A DNA stretch of 57,014 nucleotides, the filler included, from Sphacelaria rigidula (taxonomy: Eukaryota), in assembly GCA_964200075.2 (NCBI GenBank). It is 7 parts of 7 records of this genome, joined end to end, with 100 filler letters (N's around TTAATTAATTAA, not from the genome) between each part and the next. Parts side by side here need not be neighbours in the genome. Positions count along the whole stretch, not along the records: positions 24,479 to 32,537 come from CAXNAA020012460.1; positions 32,638 to 40,696 come from CAXNAA020012461.1; 5 more parts are not named here. One strand, given 5' to 3'. Below are positions 24,479 to 35,460 of the stretch, piece by piece. Position 1 is the stretch's first letter. Each line of letters starts with the position of its first letter. The notes under the pieces are model-generated. The model saw only the letters and a list, made by a program, of their open reading frames with translations, did not search any database and was not told the DNA's origin. A program made the translations under genes and the position numbers.

Positions 24479-26333
24479 CGCTCCTGTTTTTTGGAGTTCG
24501 AAAATCAGTCGCGCCCGTAACTTATACACCTGCCTTCAACGTGCGTGCAACCTGTAATGGGTTCCAACGTATACCCCGGCACTGTCTCGCAACGTCCGGC
24601 AACGTCATCAGCAAGGTCCGACATCGTGACGTTCCCGACCTTGCCACACAAGGTACCTTGCAGAACGTGTAGAACATCGGTTCAGGAATGTTCCAGGCAC
24701 CCCAGTGGCCACTACGATGGTACAATTGTCTTGAACGTGTCTACGACCTTTCATGGATTCCAACCTATACCCTGGCAAGGTCAACTTTCTGATCCTCCGT
24801 GGCAAGGTACCTTGCAGAGGGTCTGGGGGGTCCATAATTCCACCCTCCAGGCAGCCCAGTGGCCACGTGTGCAATAAATTGCCAGTGGAGTTTGCGGACA
24901 ACTACGTTCCTGCGGAGCTGTGTCTCCCAAATCAACGGGAGCGTGGAGCCATTACGGTTCAGGCTAAGTGAGATTCTGGCGCCCACTTGACGGGTCATGT
25001 GAGTCTGTCGGTACAGATTGTAGATATGTTGGAGCGTCTTCTCCCTGGTGTGCCGCTGCGCATCCCGTTTTCGCTCGGGGCGCGGCAGCCCGTCACCGCG
25101 TCGGGTCAGCATCTTTACGTCACAGAGCGTACTGTTCCGCTGCAGCTGACTTTGATGACTTCCTGGGGGCCGGCGCAGTTTCCTCCGATCTTGTTTGGGA
25201 TCATGCCGGGGTCGGATGGCGTTATTCTTCTGGGGTTGCCGATGCTTCAGAATATTGGAGTCAACGCTCGGCGGTTGTGGGACTCCATGAAGACGCGGAT
25301 ATCTCCGCCTGGTTCACGCTTGGAGACGGCCGCGGTTTTGGGCAGTCGTCGCGTGAGCGTGTCGGTGGATGCTTTTCAGGAGGCAGGAGGGCAGGTGACC
25401 GAAGAGCGGGATGCGGCGGTGGAACGCTCGGTAGAGCGCGGCTCGGAGATGATAATGATTCCGGCGCAAGAGGAGTCCGCTCGGAAGGTAGCGCTGGAGG
25501 ACAGCGTGACGGATGCTGGGGCGACAGGGCTCAGCATCTCAAAAGCGGAGCGCCTGCGCGGCATATTGCATTGCCGCGTCAACGCCTTTCGTCGTGCGCT
25601 GCGGGGTGATCCCCCTGCGCGCGTAGAGCCCATGCGTGTTCAGCCAAAACCTGGGGCGTCCGCGGTGAAGACGAGTTTGTTGGCATTGTGCATGGCGACT
25701 CTTTTGGCGCCCGGGTTGGTGTTATAGAATTTGCAGGCGGGGTGGTCCAGTCCAGATATGGCGTTTTCGAAGAAGGCTGCATCGTGGACGGAGGACAGGC
25801 TACAGGCGTGGGCGGTAGCGAAGGATCTGGTGGCTCATGCCGTGACGCTGTTCCATCCTCATCCTGATTGTCAGGTGTCAATATTTCTGGATGCATTTGA
25901 GTGCCATTGGGGTAGTTTGGTCATGCAGGTGCCTACAGTTGAAATTCGAATGTCTGTGCGCGCTGTGGCTGTGTATGGTCCGTGTGAACCTGATGAATCG
26001 ATGCCGTCAAAATCTGTTGTCCGCCAAGCCCAACGAAAAGACGTTGGGGCCGAAGATGTGGATGTGCAATCTTTCGAGTCGGACGTTGGTACTGTTATCT
26101 TGGGCAATGAAGGTCTGTTTCGTGTGCATGTGCGTGGCCGAAACGTTTCGAGGATTCCGAGTTCTGACAATCAGTTGCAGGTACGTCTGACTATTTGCGC
26201 GCACATGCGCGACGCCGGGGATCGTGGTGTGGCTGCGACGCTCGTGCGCTTGCACGGGTTTTGTGTATGGCAGGGGAGAGACTCATGTGCGCGAGTTTGT
26301 CCGCAAGTGTCTTAACTGTGCTGACTCGAGGGC

Positions 26334-27500
26334 GTGCGATGTTGTTCCCCGCCCGCTCGGCGAACGGTCCATGGGACCATGCCGAATGAAGTCGTTCATT
26401 TTGACTTGTACGTGGGCGAGAGTGGCCCGCTAGCTTCCCAAGGTTTGTCGGAGGATGCTGGGTTTCGATGCATTTTGGTAATCATGGACGATTTGAGCAA
26501 CTTTGCGGCTGTGGAACCAGTAGCAATGTGTACTGCTGAATCGACCGCTGCATATTTGCTGAATTGGTACAATACTTTGGGGATGCCCCATGTGTGGGCG
26601 AGTGATACCGCCACGCATTTCAAGAATGCGATCTTGGCTCGATTGCGAGAGGCTTTGCACGTTGATCACCCGTTTGCGGTAGCGTGTTCTCCGTGGTCTA
26701 ACGGGACGTGCGAACGTATGGTCAAGGAAGAAGTTCGTGCTCTTCGCTCTTTTCTTCTCGAGCAGCGTAGAGCGGTTTCCGAGTGGGTGGGCGTATTACC
26801 GGCGGTGCAATGGGCGCTTAATACTGCGTATCGTCGTCGTTACGATAGTACGCCGTACCATGTGATATTTGGTCGTGCCCCTCAGACGTCTTTCTTGGTG
26901 CTGGCGTCTTCGTCGGCGGGGGAATGGAAGTGTGATGTTTTGGACGATGATCAGATTAAGAGTGCATTGCAAGGAGTCTTGGCCTCGCAAGAACGTTTTC
27001 ACGTTCAAGAGCAGGAGCGTGTTGCCGCTGAACGTGCGCGTAGACGTGAGGGGTCCTCGTTAGGGCTGGAACTGCCGAATTTTGAGGTAGGCGACTATGT
27101 CTTGTATGCACGCGTGCGTCGTCCGGGTGTTACGCCCAAGTTGATGGCGACGTGGACTGGATCGTGGAGAGTGGTTGGTGCTTATCACCCGCACGTGGTT
27201 GAGATCCAGAACATCGTTTTAGGTCGTGTTCAGACCGCCCATGTAGCTCGTTTGCGTTTTTATGCAGACTCGGAGCTTAATGTTACGGCTGACGTTAAGG
27301 ACGTGTTCCAGCATGCTTTTAATCAGTGGCAATTTCAGATGGCTGGTATTGTCCGAGTGGCAGAAGCAGACAATCGTTCGTTGATCGTCTTGGTCGACTG
27401 GGTTGGTTTCGAAGTTGAGGAGCGTACGTGGGAGCCTTTCAAGGATACTTCGAGGCCGCCCCGGCATTTCTCACGAAGAAGTTGCGTGAATTGCGCGTGA
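26334..27500 (+). pseudogene. Gypsy integrase core, GPY/F-like module and chromodomain
   Basis: VVHFD...VIMDDLS...WASDTATHFKN...SNGTCERMVKE (DDE), KLMATWTGSWRVV and VLVDWVGFEVEERTWEPF. Confidence 0.92.
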
Positions 27501-27625
27501 CTCGTGCCGTTGCTGCTCGCATTACGCGTGAGTTTAGTATTCAAGTGTGACTTACTCATCGTTTTGGCGTTTTTTATGTGTCAAGCTTGTTGATCGATTT
27601 TTCGTCCAACGCTCTCTGGGGGTGC

Positions 27626-27883
27626 TGTGACGAAAATACGTCGTACGTGGAGTTGGTAGTGATGATATGGATAATGACTAGGGGCAGGGAGATTCTGGAT
27701 GGTTCTGGATAATGACCGGGGACCCGGAGATGGTATATGTAGGTCCAGAAAGCTGGTGCCCTGGAAGGGCACTCCTGAATAATGAGAATGTTGTAAAGCT
27801 TGACAACTGAAACTGAGGCCAGTGAGACTGGGGAGTCCCTCAACAGCAGCGATCCAACAGTGTTTCCACTGGCTGGAGTCACA
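27626..27883 (+). repeat. 3' LTR (258 bp) of the Gypsy element
   Basis: Begins TGTGAC just after a GGGGG tract and ends GTCACA (perfect 6-bp terminal inverted repeat). MITE sequence follows immediately. Confidence 0.8.
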
Positions 27884-27990
27884 AACCATATCTCGAAGAT
27901 TTGGTGTGGATACGATTATTTTCATTTTCCAGGTTCTCATCCTCAACGAAAAGCTCTATTATCAATTTCGATGACCAGCTGTTAAATTTC
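27884..27990 (-). repeat. Terminal fragment of the 7301-7753 MITE family abutting the LTR
   Basis: gaagatttggtgtggatacgattattttcattttccaggttctcatcctcaa matches the MITE arm and the reverse complement of 40640-40696. Confidence 0.75.
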
Positions 27991-29388
27991 CGAGGAAGGT
28001 GAACTCTTGAAAGTCTGACACAAGAAAATGCCGAACAACCTAGACGTCGACCCCGAGTAGGTGAAACGTTGCTTGGTGTGAATGTGAATACCGTAGCAGG
28101 CTCCCTTGGATATCACACCCGCGTCATAACATTTCGGGCGTGAAAAAAAGTATCACACTGCTGTGATACTGTGTATGGGGTGTGATATCTTCCGTCACCG
28201 GTGTGATAAAAATGCACCCGCAGGACCCCACATGCAGGGGAATAATAATGGCGTGTGACAATGTCGCCCGTGCAGTTGAGGGCGCTACGAGGATATCGCT
28301 AGAGGGGATGTGATATGATCGAATATGCTCACGCTCAGTCCTGAACAAGATCGATGCAAGATATAGTGCGCCACAAGCACCATCAACTGTGTCGCGGTTG
28401 CGGAGGATTAGGTAATCAATTAGAAGAATAATGTCTAATGACGTAGATTATGCGAGTCAAATCACGTGTGCAGTACGGACAACCGAGCGGCCTGCCGCCC
28501 ACCATCAGTCAGGTCTGGTTCTGGGTGCATGCTGTTTGCGTTGCTCTGGGGGTTTGCATAAGTGTGTGCTGTGAGTGCGTATATGAGGTATTGAGTGAGA
28601 GAGGTTGAGTGTGTGACTGCTGCCGAGATAGACCCCCCCCCCGAATCGGCCAAAAATGTGCACGGAGGCGATGATTACAAATGCCGTTAGAGCTGATTTC
28701 ATGTTCCACGACGCTACTTATCTGGCCGTTATAGCTGATTTCGGACTTCTACAAGCCTTTCATGTGGGCGGAATTGCTGCAAACGAGCCCAATAGTGGGA
28801 TCACAGCCAGGTTTGTCGGACGGTCTCCCGTGCACTTTTTGTGGGGGAGCTATCTCGGCATTAGTCGTGTGTTATTGTGTAACGGAGTGAGAGTGATTGA
28901 GGCGAACTGAGAGAGAACGCAGGGCGTAACCAAGAGATAATCGAAGCGCTTTACTATACTACTGTTATTTGCCTCGATCAGACTGCTAACTACTGTTCAC
29001 GCACTTGAGTTGTGTGGACGGTGCCCCCCGCATCAGAGCGATTTCTCATGATAATGGTGTGTGTGATGGACAGATTTTCCCCCGCAGCGAGTTGAAAAAA
29101 TGGCCATGGATTGGCCGTGGAGTCGCCGCTGGAATCTGACGCACTGTAGTCTGGGCGCGCGGACCTCTCAGCAGAGTTGTGTTCTTCATCCTTTTCCATG
29201 ATATTTTGTCGGTTTCCAAAGCTGTGACACGTAGGTTGCGTGCGCTTGTGTGCGTCGTCACACGTCATCACGTTCGTGTGATAAGCCGGGGCTCCGTGAA
29301 TGATATGCAACTCAACCCAGAGGGTGTGATATCTTATGTCACCGTGTGATTAATTTGCGCTTTTGAGGGGATGAAAGAAGAAGGTAGT

Positions 29389-30010
29389 TATGTCCAAATC
29401 GCGGCTTTGACCTAGGTATATTCAAGTCCAGCTTCGATATGACTAATTGCCGGCGTTCGTCCCATGTGCCTTACATCGACGCCACAACACCCAGAATACA
29501 CTAACACAGCCCGCGCCCCGGTGGCGTAATGGCCCGACTGTCGCCATTAGGGTGGAGAGAACGGGGGTTTGCTTCCCCATGCGCTGGGGGTTTCCTTCGT
29601 CATGTATGATTCCCATCGTGGAAGGCGTGAGAACGTGAGTAAACAAAGTAGTCGAGTGGATTTGTTTGACGTGAGTTGACGCGGTGCGGGAGTGCTGACC
29701 CAATCCGCGAGACCGAAATACAAGGCACGTACCGGTGGAGAGATGGGTTGATCCCTTGAGACCACGCACTCATCCCGAGGAAGGGGGGGTTCAAAGTGTG
29801 AGAGGAAAAACAAGAAGTCAGTAACCATCGTTCAAGCCATCGCACGGTGCAAACGGCCTCGTAGCGGACGAGAAACGCGCCTGGTGTACAGTTGTGTGAG
29901 AGTATTGTGGATGTTGTGGTGTCGATGCAAGGCACATGGGACGAACGCGGGCAGGTAGTCATCTAGCAGCTGGAGTTGGATAACTATATCCAGGTCGCGA
30001 CTTGGACATA
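29389..30010. mobile_element. Element with about 120-bp terminal inverted repeats enclosing a SINE-like insert
   Basis: 29389-29510 (tatgtccaaatcgcgg...cgttcgtcccatgtgccttacatcgac) is the inverted homolog of 29888-30010. Confidence 0.8.
29511..29813 (+). mobile_element. tRNA-derived SINE-like element, family 1
   Basis: Head gccccggtggcgtaatgg (A box) with a decayed B box. It is homologous over about 300 bp to the reverse complement of 49567-49875. Confidence 0.75.
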
Positions 30011-30728
30011 AGCTATGTCCAAGTCGCGACCTGGACACGAGTGATGTACAAGTCGCGACTTGAAGACAGCATTACCCTAGATCAAACGGGTCATACGGAT
30101 ACAGATCAATTTCAGATCGCAGAGGTCATAGGACTGATCGTCGAGCAGGCTTGCTGGAGATACCCGTGCTTCAACGCCGGCAATGTACATGTCGATGACT
30201 CTTCTCCGGAATTTGTCGTCTGACGCTGGCCGAACAACGTTATGATGAGCCAATTGAGCATAGAGCTGTAAATATTTTCTTCCTTTCTCGCCGCGCATGA
30301 GTATGCACTCTGAACAAGGAAATACGAAAAACCAGTCGTCCATACTGCTGCGGGCACAACTGGACAGACGTCTCATCTACGCAAATCACGACTACTATAT
30401 TCCTCACCACTACTGCTACCGCTACCGAAGTGAATGGAGCCCAAGTTAAGTTCCGCCACAACGCTCAGCGTTAAGAGCACACAGAAAAAAACGCTACCAA
30501 GTGAAGTGCAGGCCTCTACGGTGCAANNNNNNNNNNTCCGATCTGGAAGAGCTTCGAAGCAACCCGCCTCATCCACAGTCTCCTCTGCCGACTCATCCCC
30601 TTCTGCTGGCCCATTCGACAGCAACTCCCCTTCCCCACGCAGATGGGAACGCCGACGGGGAATCGCACCACTTGCCTGACTGTCAGACAACACAGGTATC
30701 TCCTCGGGGATGACAAGCGCCAATAAAT

Positions 30729-31263
30729 ATACGTACTTCATGTAGCTGCAACAGCCAACACAGTCAACACATGGACTTCTTGTGAACATGCACATTGTAC
30801 AAGGGTCATACGGGTTGGCAGGTGAGAAATACTGAATACCGTCTATTGTATGCTTCATTCGGATGTGTCGACAGTACACACATCTTCGGGGGAAATATGC
30901 AGCTCTTCCGTGGAGCCACTCGGAATAAAACTTACGTACTTCATGCTGCATGTGCCCGGGTTGCTACAGCCAACATACGGACTTGTGAACATGCACATTG
31001 TACGCGGGTCAGGTAAGCAGATGAGGAATGCTAAATACTTCATTCGGATGCGCCGACAATGCATATCTTCCAAAACAAAAAGCACTCCCACCGTAGAACC
31101 ACTCGGAACAAAATAATATGTACCAGTATATTCGTGCTTCATGTTCCATGCGCCCGGGTTGCTGCGACCAAGGTCCGGGCTTGTGAACATATATTGTACC
31201 CGGGCCATGCAGGTCAACAGGTGAGGGAACTGAATACTATTTTCTTGCATACTTGATTCGGAT
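30729..31263 (+). repeat. Diverged tandem repeat, about 200-bp unit, about 2.6 copies
   Basis: cgt(a/g)cttcatg...cttgtgaacat...attgtac...cttcattcggat recurs at about 30730, 30934 and 31133. Confidence 0.8.
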
Positions 31264-32537
31264 CTGACGGTTGCGCGAAAGTGTTTCTTTTTAATACAAA
31301 GTACTAGATTCGGATTCCACAGGTAAGAAGGGGTAGCTTTTGGTATACATGAGATTCACATCGCGCGGGTCGACCACAAGCTACTGCGCTTGCCTGACCC
31401 GAGTGATACAAATGACGGCTATGTGATGTTGTACAGATGACACAGTTCTGCAAATCAGTTGTACACGAAAGTGTGTGTGTGAACCGGGCCGTACAACCTG
31501 TCGCTCGGCATATATATACGGGTCAAGTGGGCTCTACGGATCACCATCGGACAAACGTGCACGGGTGACAGCACACCTTGGACAGATCATGATATATGCC
31601 CCAACTGAGCTGACCCGGATCTATCACGAGCTGATCCGTCCGACGTGTGAATAGATGCCGGTTCACCGAATAAATACTCTCATCTTTGTCCAGGGGTTAA
31701 CAGACTGCATGGCCATGCACAACGCTGGTGTTGTCTACACTGACTTAGGTATGACATACTCCACCCGCTTCTTGTGGCCTGTGTTCATGAGTATCTATTT
31801 GTGCGCAGATCTTCTTGCGATCTTCACTACAGTATTATAGTAACAGTAAACAACGTTTTCGTGAGATTGAGAGTAGAGCCGGATTGAGAGTGGCTTCGAT
31901 CATTCGCTTTAACTTAGCCAATTTGCCATTCCGTTGTTCTCTTCTTTACCTTTATCGCTGCCGTGTGCTTACAGCTACGCGTCGATATCCTACTCAGGGA
32001 TACCAAGCGCCTCGGTGGCAAGCTACTACAGAAAGAATATCGGGCCTCGTGGAGGGGCATTTCGGAACTGAAACGATTGATTCACTGATTGACCGCTTGT
32101 TACTCTCAATCGTATCCTCTACTCTCAATCTCACGGAAACATTGTTAGTAGTGACAGCAAAGGATACACGTACCGTTTCTTCGGGAAAGACTACATATTA
32201 TCTACAGGGGCAACATATCACGCTTTGCTCTTCTCATATGTTCATTTACATCCAGATAACCCATGACCTTAAGTGGATCGCGGCGTGCCGTATGAGCTGG
32301 GCTGGCCTAGACACGGACTTGAGCTCTCAAAGCAATAATATCTCATCGACAAAGACGAGTTGAGCGGTGATCCGCATATCGTATGAATTGTCTCATCAAG
32401 AGAAAGGTGCGCATTTGCTCAAAAGTCTATGCCAGTTTTTCCTCGTTGATTGAACGCCATGTAACAGCCGATTTTAAATTTTGGGGTTCAAACAAAATAT
32501 GGGGTTGAAGTGGCATTTCTCTCTTGCACGGAAGACC

Positions 32538-32637
32538 NNNNNNNNNNNNNNNNNNNNNNNNNNNNNNNNNNNNNNNNNNNNTTAATTAATTAANNNNNNN
32601 NNNNNNNNNNNNNNNNNNNNNNNNNNNNNNNNNNNNN
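32538..32637. other. Artificial contig linker
   Basis: N run with TTAATTAATTAA. Confidence 0.97.
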
Positions 32638-35413
32638 CTCCTTGCACTCTGTGACCACGGGTTCGAGAGATCGAGCTAATGTGATGGATATAATAATCAT
32701 AAATAATATAACCCGTACACGGGATCTCTGGAGTGCCTGGTGTGCTGTAATACAATCAGTATACACCCGTGTAGCACAGCCCCCAGGTGAAAGGAGCACG
32801 AGGATGAACGAATAAGTTGTGTTGATACATAGTCAGACAGCTCCTTTCGCAAGTTACGACGGTAATAGTGCTGTGGGCAACGAGCTGCGGCAGATTCTGT
32901 GCAGCGGCGGGTGCACCCTCCCCCCCCCTGTGAAACCCCACCTTCGGTGTTATGGGAGAGCACCGCGCCCACGTCACATCACCGACAGAGACACGGAGGG
33001 GGGATTCGCCTTTTACACCAAAAATAAATCAGTTTCAAAGGTGTTTGCTGAAATATATCCATACCGAGAAATGAATGGATTCGCTGAAGTTCGAGAAGGT
33101 TTTGCTTTTGCTGCATACCAGTACACAGCATTGTAGTACAGCCTCGTTTTCAGATTAGTACCAGCTGGGCCAGCCAAGAGTACGTGTGAATCTCGCTCAG
33201 GCGACGCACGGCGCGATATCAGGAGTTGGACGCTGAAATTTTGACAGCAGCTTTTTATGATCGGAATGCAGAAGATCAAGGGTCCAGCAAATAAAAAAAT
33301 AAAAAAACAAGTTATGGGCATCTGAAATTGCAGCAAAAACAAGATAATGCTGTAAGTCCAGGAAAAAAAGGAGAATCTGCAGCTGGACTCGTGAAGTATC
33401 AGTCCCTTGGGCGCAGGAGGTCTTTCTGAAATTTCAGTTCAAGACTCGTCGAATTGGGCGGTGCGTTCAACATTTTCCGTGACGCTGCTGCACCCGTATA
33501 AATCAAGTGATGGGAGACTCCAATTATGAAGGTCATGAGTTCGAATCCCGACAGATCCTCTTTTTTTTCGCTCGTCGTTAAGGTCATACCTTCTGCAGTA
33601 CATTTTTTCATTCAGCGGCGGTGCGGTGTGTCACCAGGTTGATCTACACTTCACAGTGATATGCTCACATCGGGTTCATTCGTGAAACTGGGGAAGCTGT
33701 GGTGTGAGCAAGTTTTAGCAGCTTTTAAGGTGGCCTAGCACGTACAGCCCACCCGAGTGCAGCACGGAACATAGCTGGTCTAGTGAAGTGCAATCCACCA
33801 TAGAACATTATTCAGTCTGTGAAGTGTCGTGCATGACACGGTAGGACCTGAAAACTGTGAGATGAAAACGCCATGTACAGTGCTACTGTAGTGCGTATAT
33901 CGCGGTCGCGTCAAAGTCTGCAGGATCCATCACGTGTTAACTGCGTTCGCCGGGTATGTGTTCCTCTGTGGGTGGTGTACTCCACAAAGTGAGGTACAAA
34001 TTGCTGCTGGTGCCGTATTCTTCCGCAACAACCAATCGTTGGGCACCTGCTCCCGGGTTCAATCGATACTCTACGTGGACAGACATCGATGGAGTTAGCA
34101 CTGATATAGAGTTCGAGTGAATTTAGACGGTCGTACAGTACCACTGTTGCATGCCGGAATCACCAGATATGACGGCGCGGGAAACAAAGGTGTGTTATAA
34201 TTGGACGATACCGCACAATGGAAGACATGTTGGATCAAAAGCAGTGTCCTTCAACCCCACATTCACCCACCCACCCCTACATATTCTTCCATAAACGCAG
34301 ATGTGGAAGATCCCCAAGGCTTGCAGTTGGGACGCAAACGCTGGGGTGCTCCTGAGACCCCACCCGGGGCAGTCCGAACGCGAGATACGGCGCCGTAATC
34401 GATCCCGAGGTAATCGCGCCAGAGCACTCCTGTCGCATTGACCATACAGAGTAGAACAGCTGCACAGTGCACGTATCTGGCACCACTCCTCTTGTTTCCG
34501 ATGAAGAAGTGTGTTTTTGAAGGGAATTGACCGTATGTACCCCTGCTTGTATCATGGGCCGACATGAACACCCCGCTCCCACGCTCGCAAAACGACCAAC
34601 ACCAGAAGACTGACGCTCTGTGCCCATATACCCTTGCGCCTTCTCCGGGTAGGTGGCCACGTGCCTGCGCCACTCCGGCCGCTATCCCGTCCGGAACAGA
34701 CCACATCCGCTGTTGAAAGCACGCCTCGACTGACATATTCCGAGCGTGAGGTATCGGCGAATACTGGATATCGCCGGGGGCCACATCGACAAAAGGGGTG
34801 CTGTGCGGAAGGAGTTAAGTCCCCCATCATACTCTGAAGACCCGACGACTGCATTGTTCAGTCCCTCGGAGGCATCGATCGATTCAGTTGATGACGCAGA
34901 TGTGGAAAACCGCGGCTGGGCGGGGGGCGCAACTACCGTCGGGGTGCAGAGCATATCAAGCTAAGACGTCTGCCGCGCGGGGAAGGCGCGAATGGTTAAC
35001 GACGTTGGAGTCTGACACGAAAAGCAACACCATGTATACCCAGGAGCAACTGACCGCTTTGCGGGGGATCATGGGGGTGCTCAATATTTTCCAGGAGGAG
35101 AAGGAGATCGTACTTCTGAAGCTTGGCGCGTCCGTCCCGTTCAGTATTCTTAATTCCAGCGGAGGTGAGAGAGATAACTACCGCTGACCTATGGTCTGGC
35201 GGCGGTATTATAGGAATACGAGCACCGACACGACGCCCCCCTAAACACTTAGCGCGTTACAGACCGCGCATCTCTTAACCTCGGTTACGTATGCTGAATC
35301 TTCGTGCTCCCACACCACGTTAGTTACCAGATATTTAGAGTGGGGATTCCAAGTGGACAGACTGGCCTGAAAAATCCTGCACCCCCGTTCATTTTCCGTC
35401 ATGCCGCCCCCCT

Positions 35414-35460
<47 letters not shown>

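Larger units (their letters stand above)
24479..27883 (+). mobile_element. Defective chromodomain-bearing Ty3/Gypsy LTR retrotransposon (5' part off-contig)
   Basis: Domain order: protease (VQAK*DSGA...VILLGLPML), deleted RT, RNase H start (TLFHPHPDCQVSIFLDA), HHCC-type finger (AHMRDAG...VRKCLNC), integrase, chromodomain, then a G-rich tract and LTR. Confidence 0.93.

Noticed and set aside
35406-35460. Polyproline-coding segment
   Set aside because: It is a poly-C homopolymer of unreliable length, like the G/C runs at about 40797-40885 and 56935-56961
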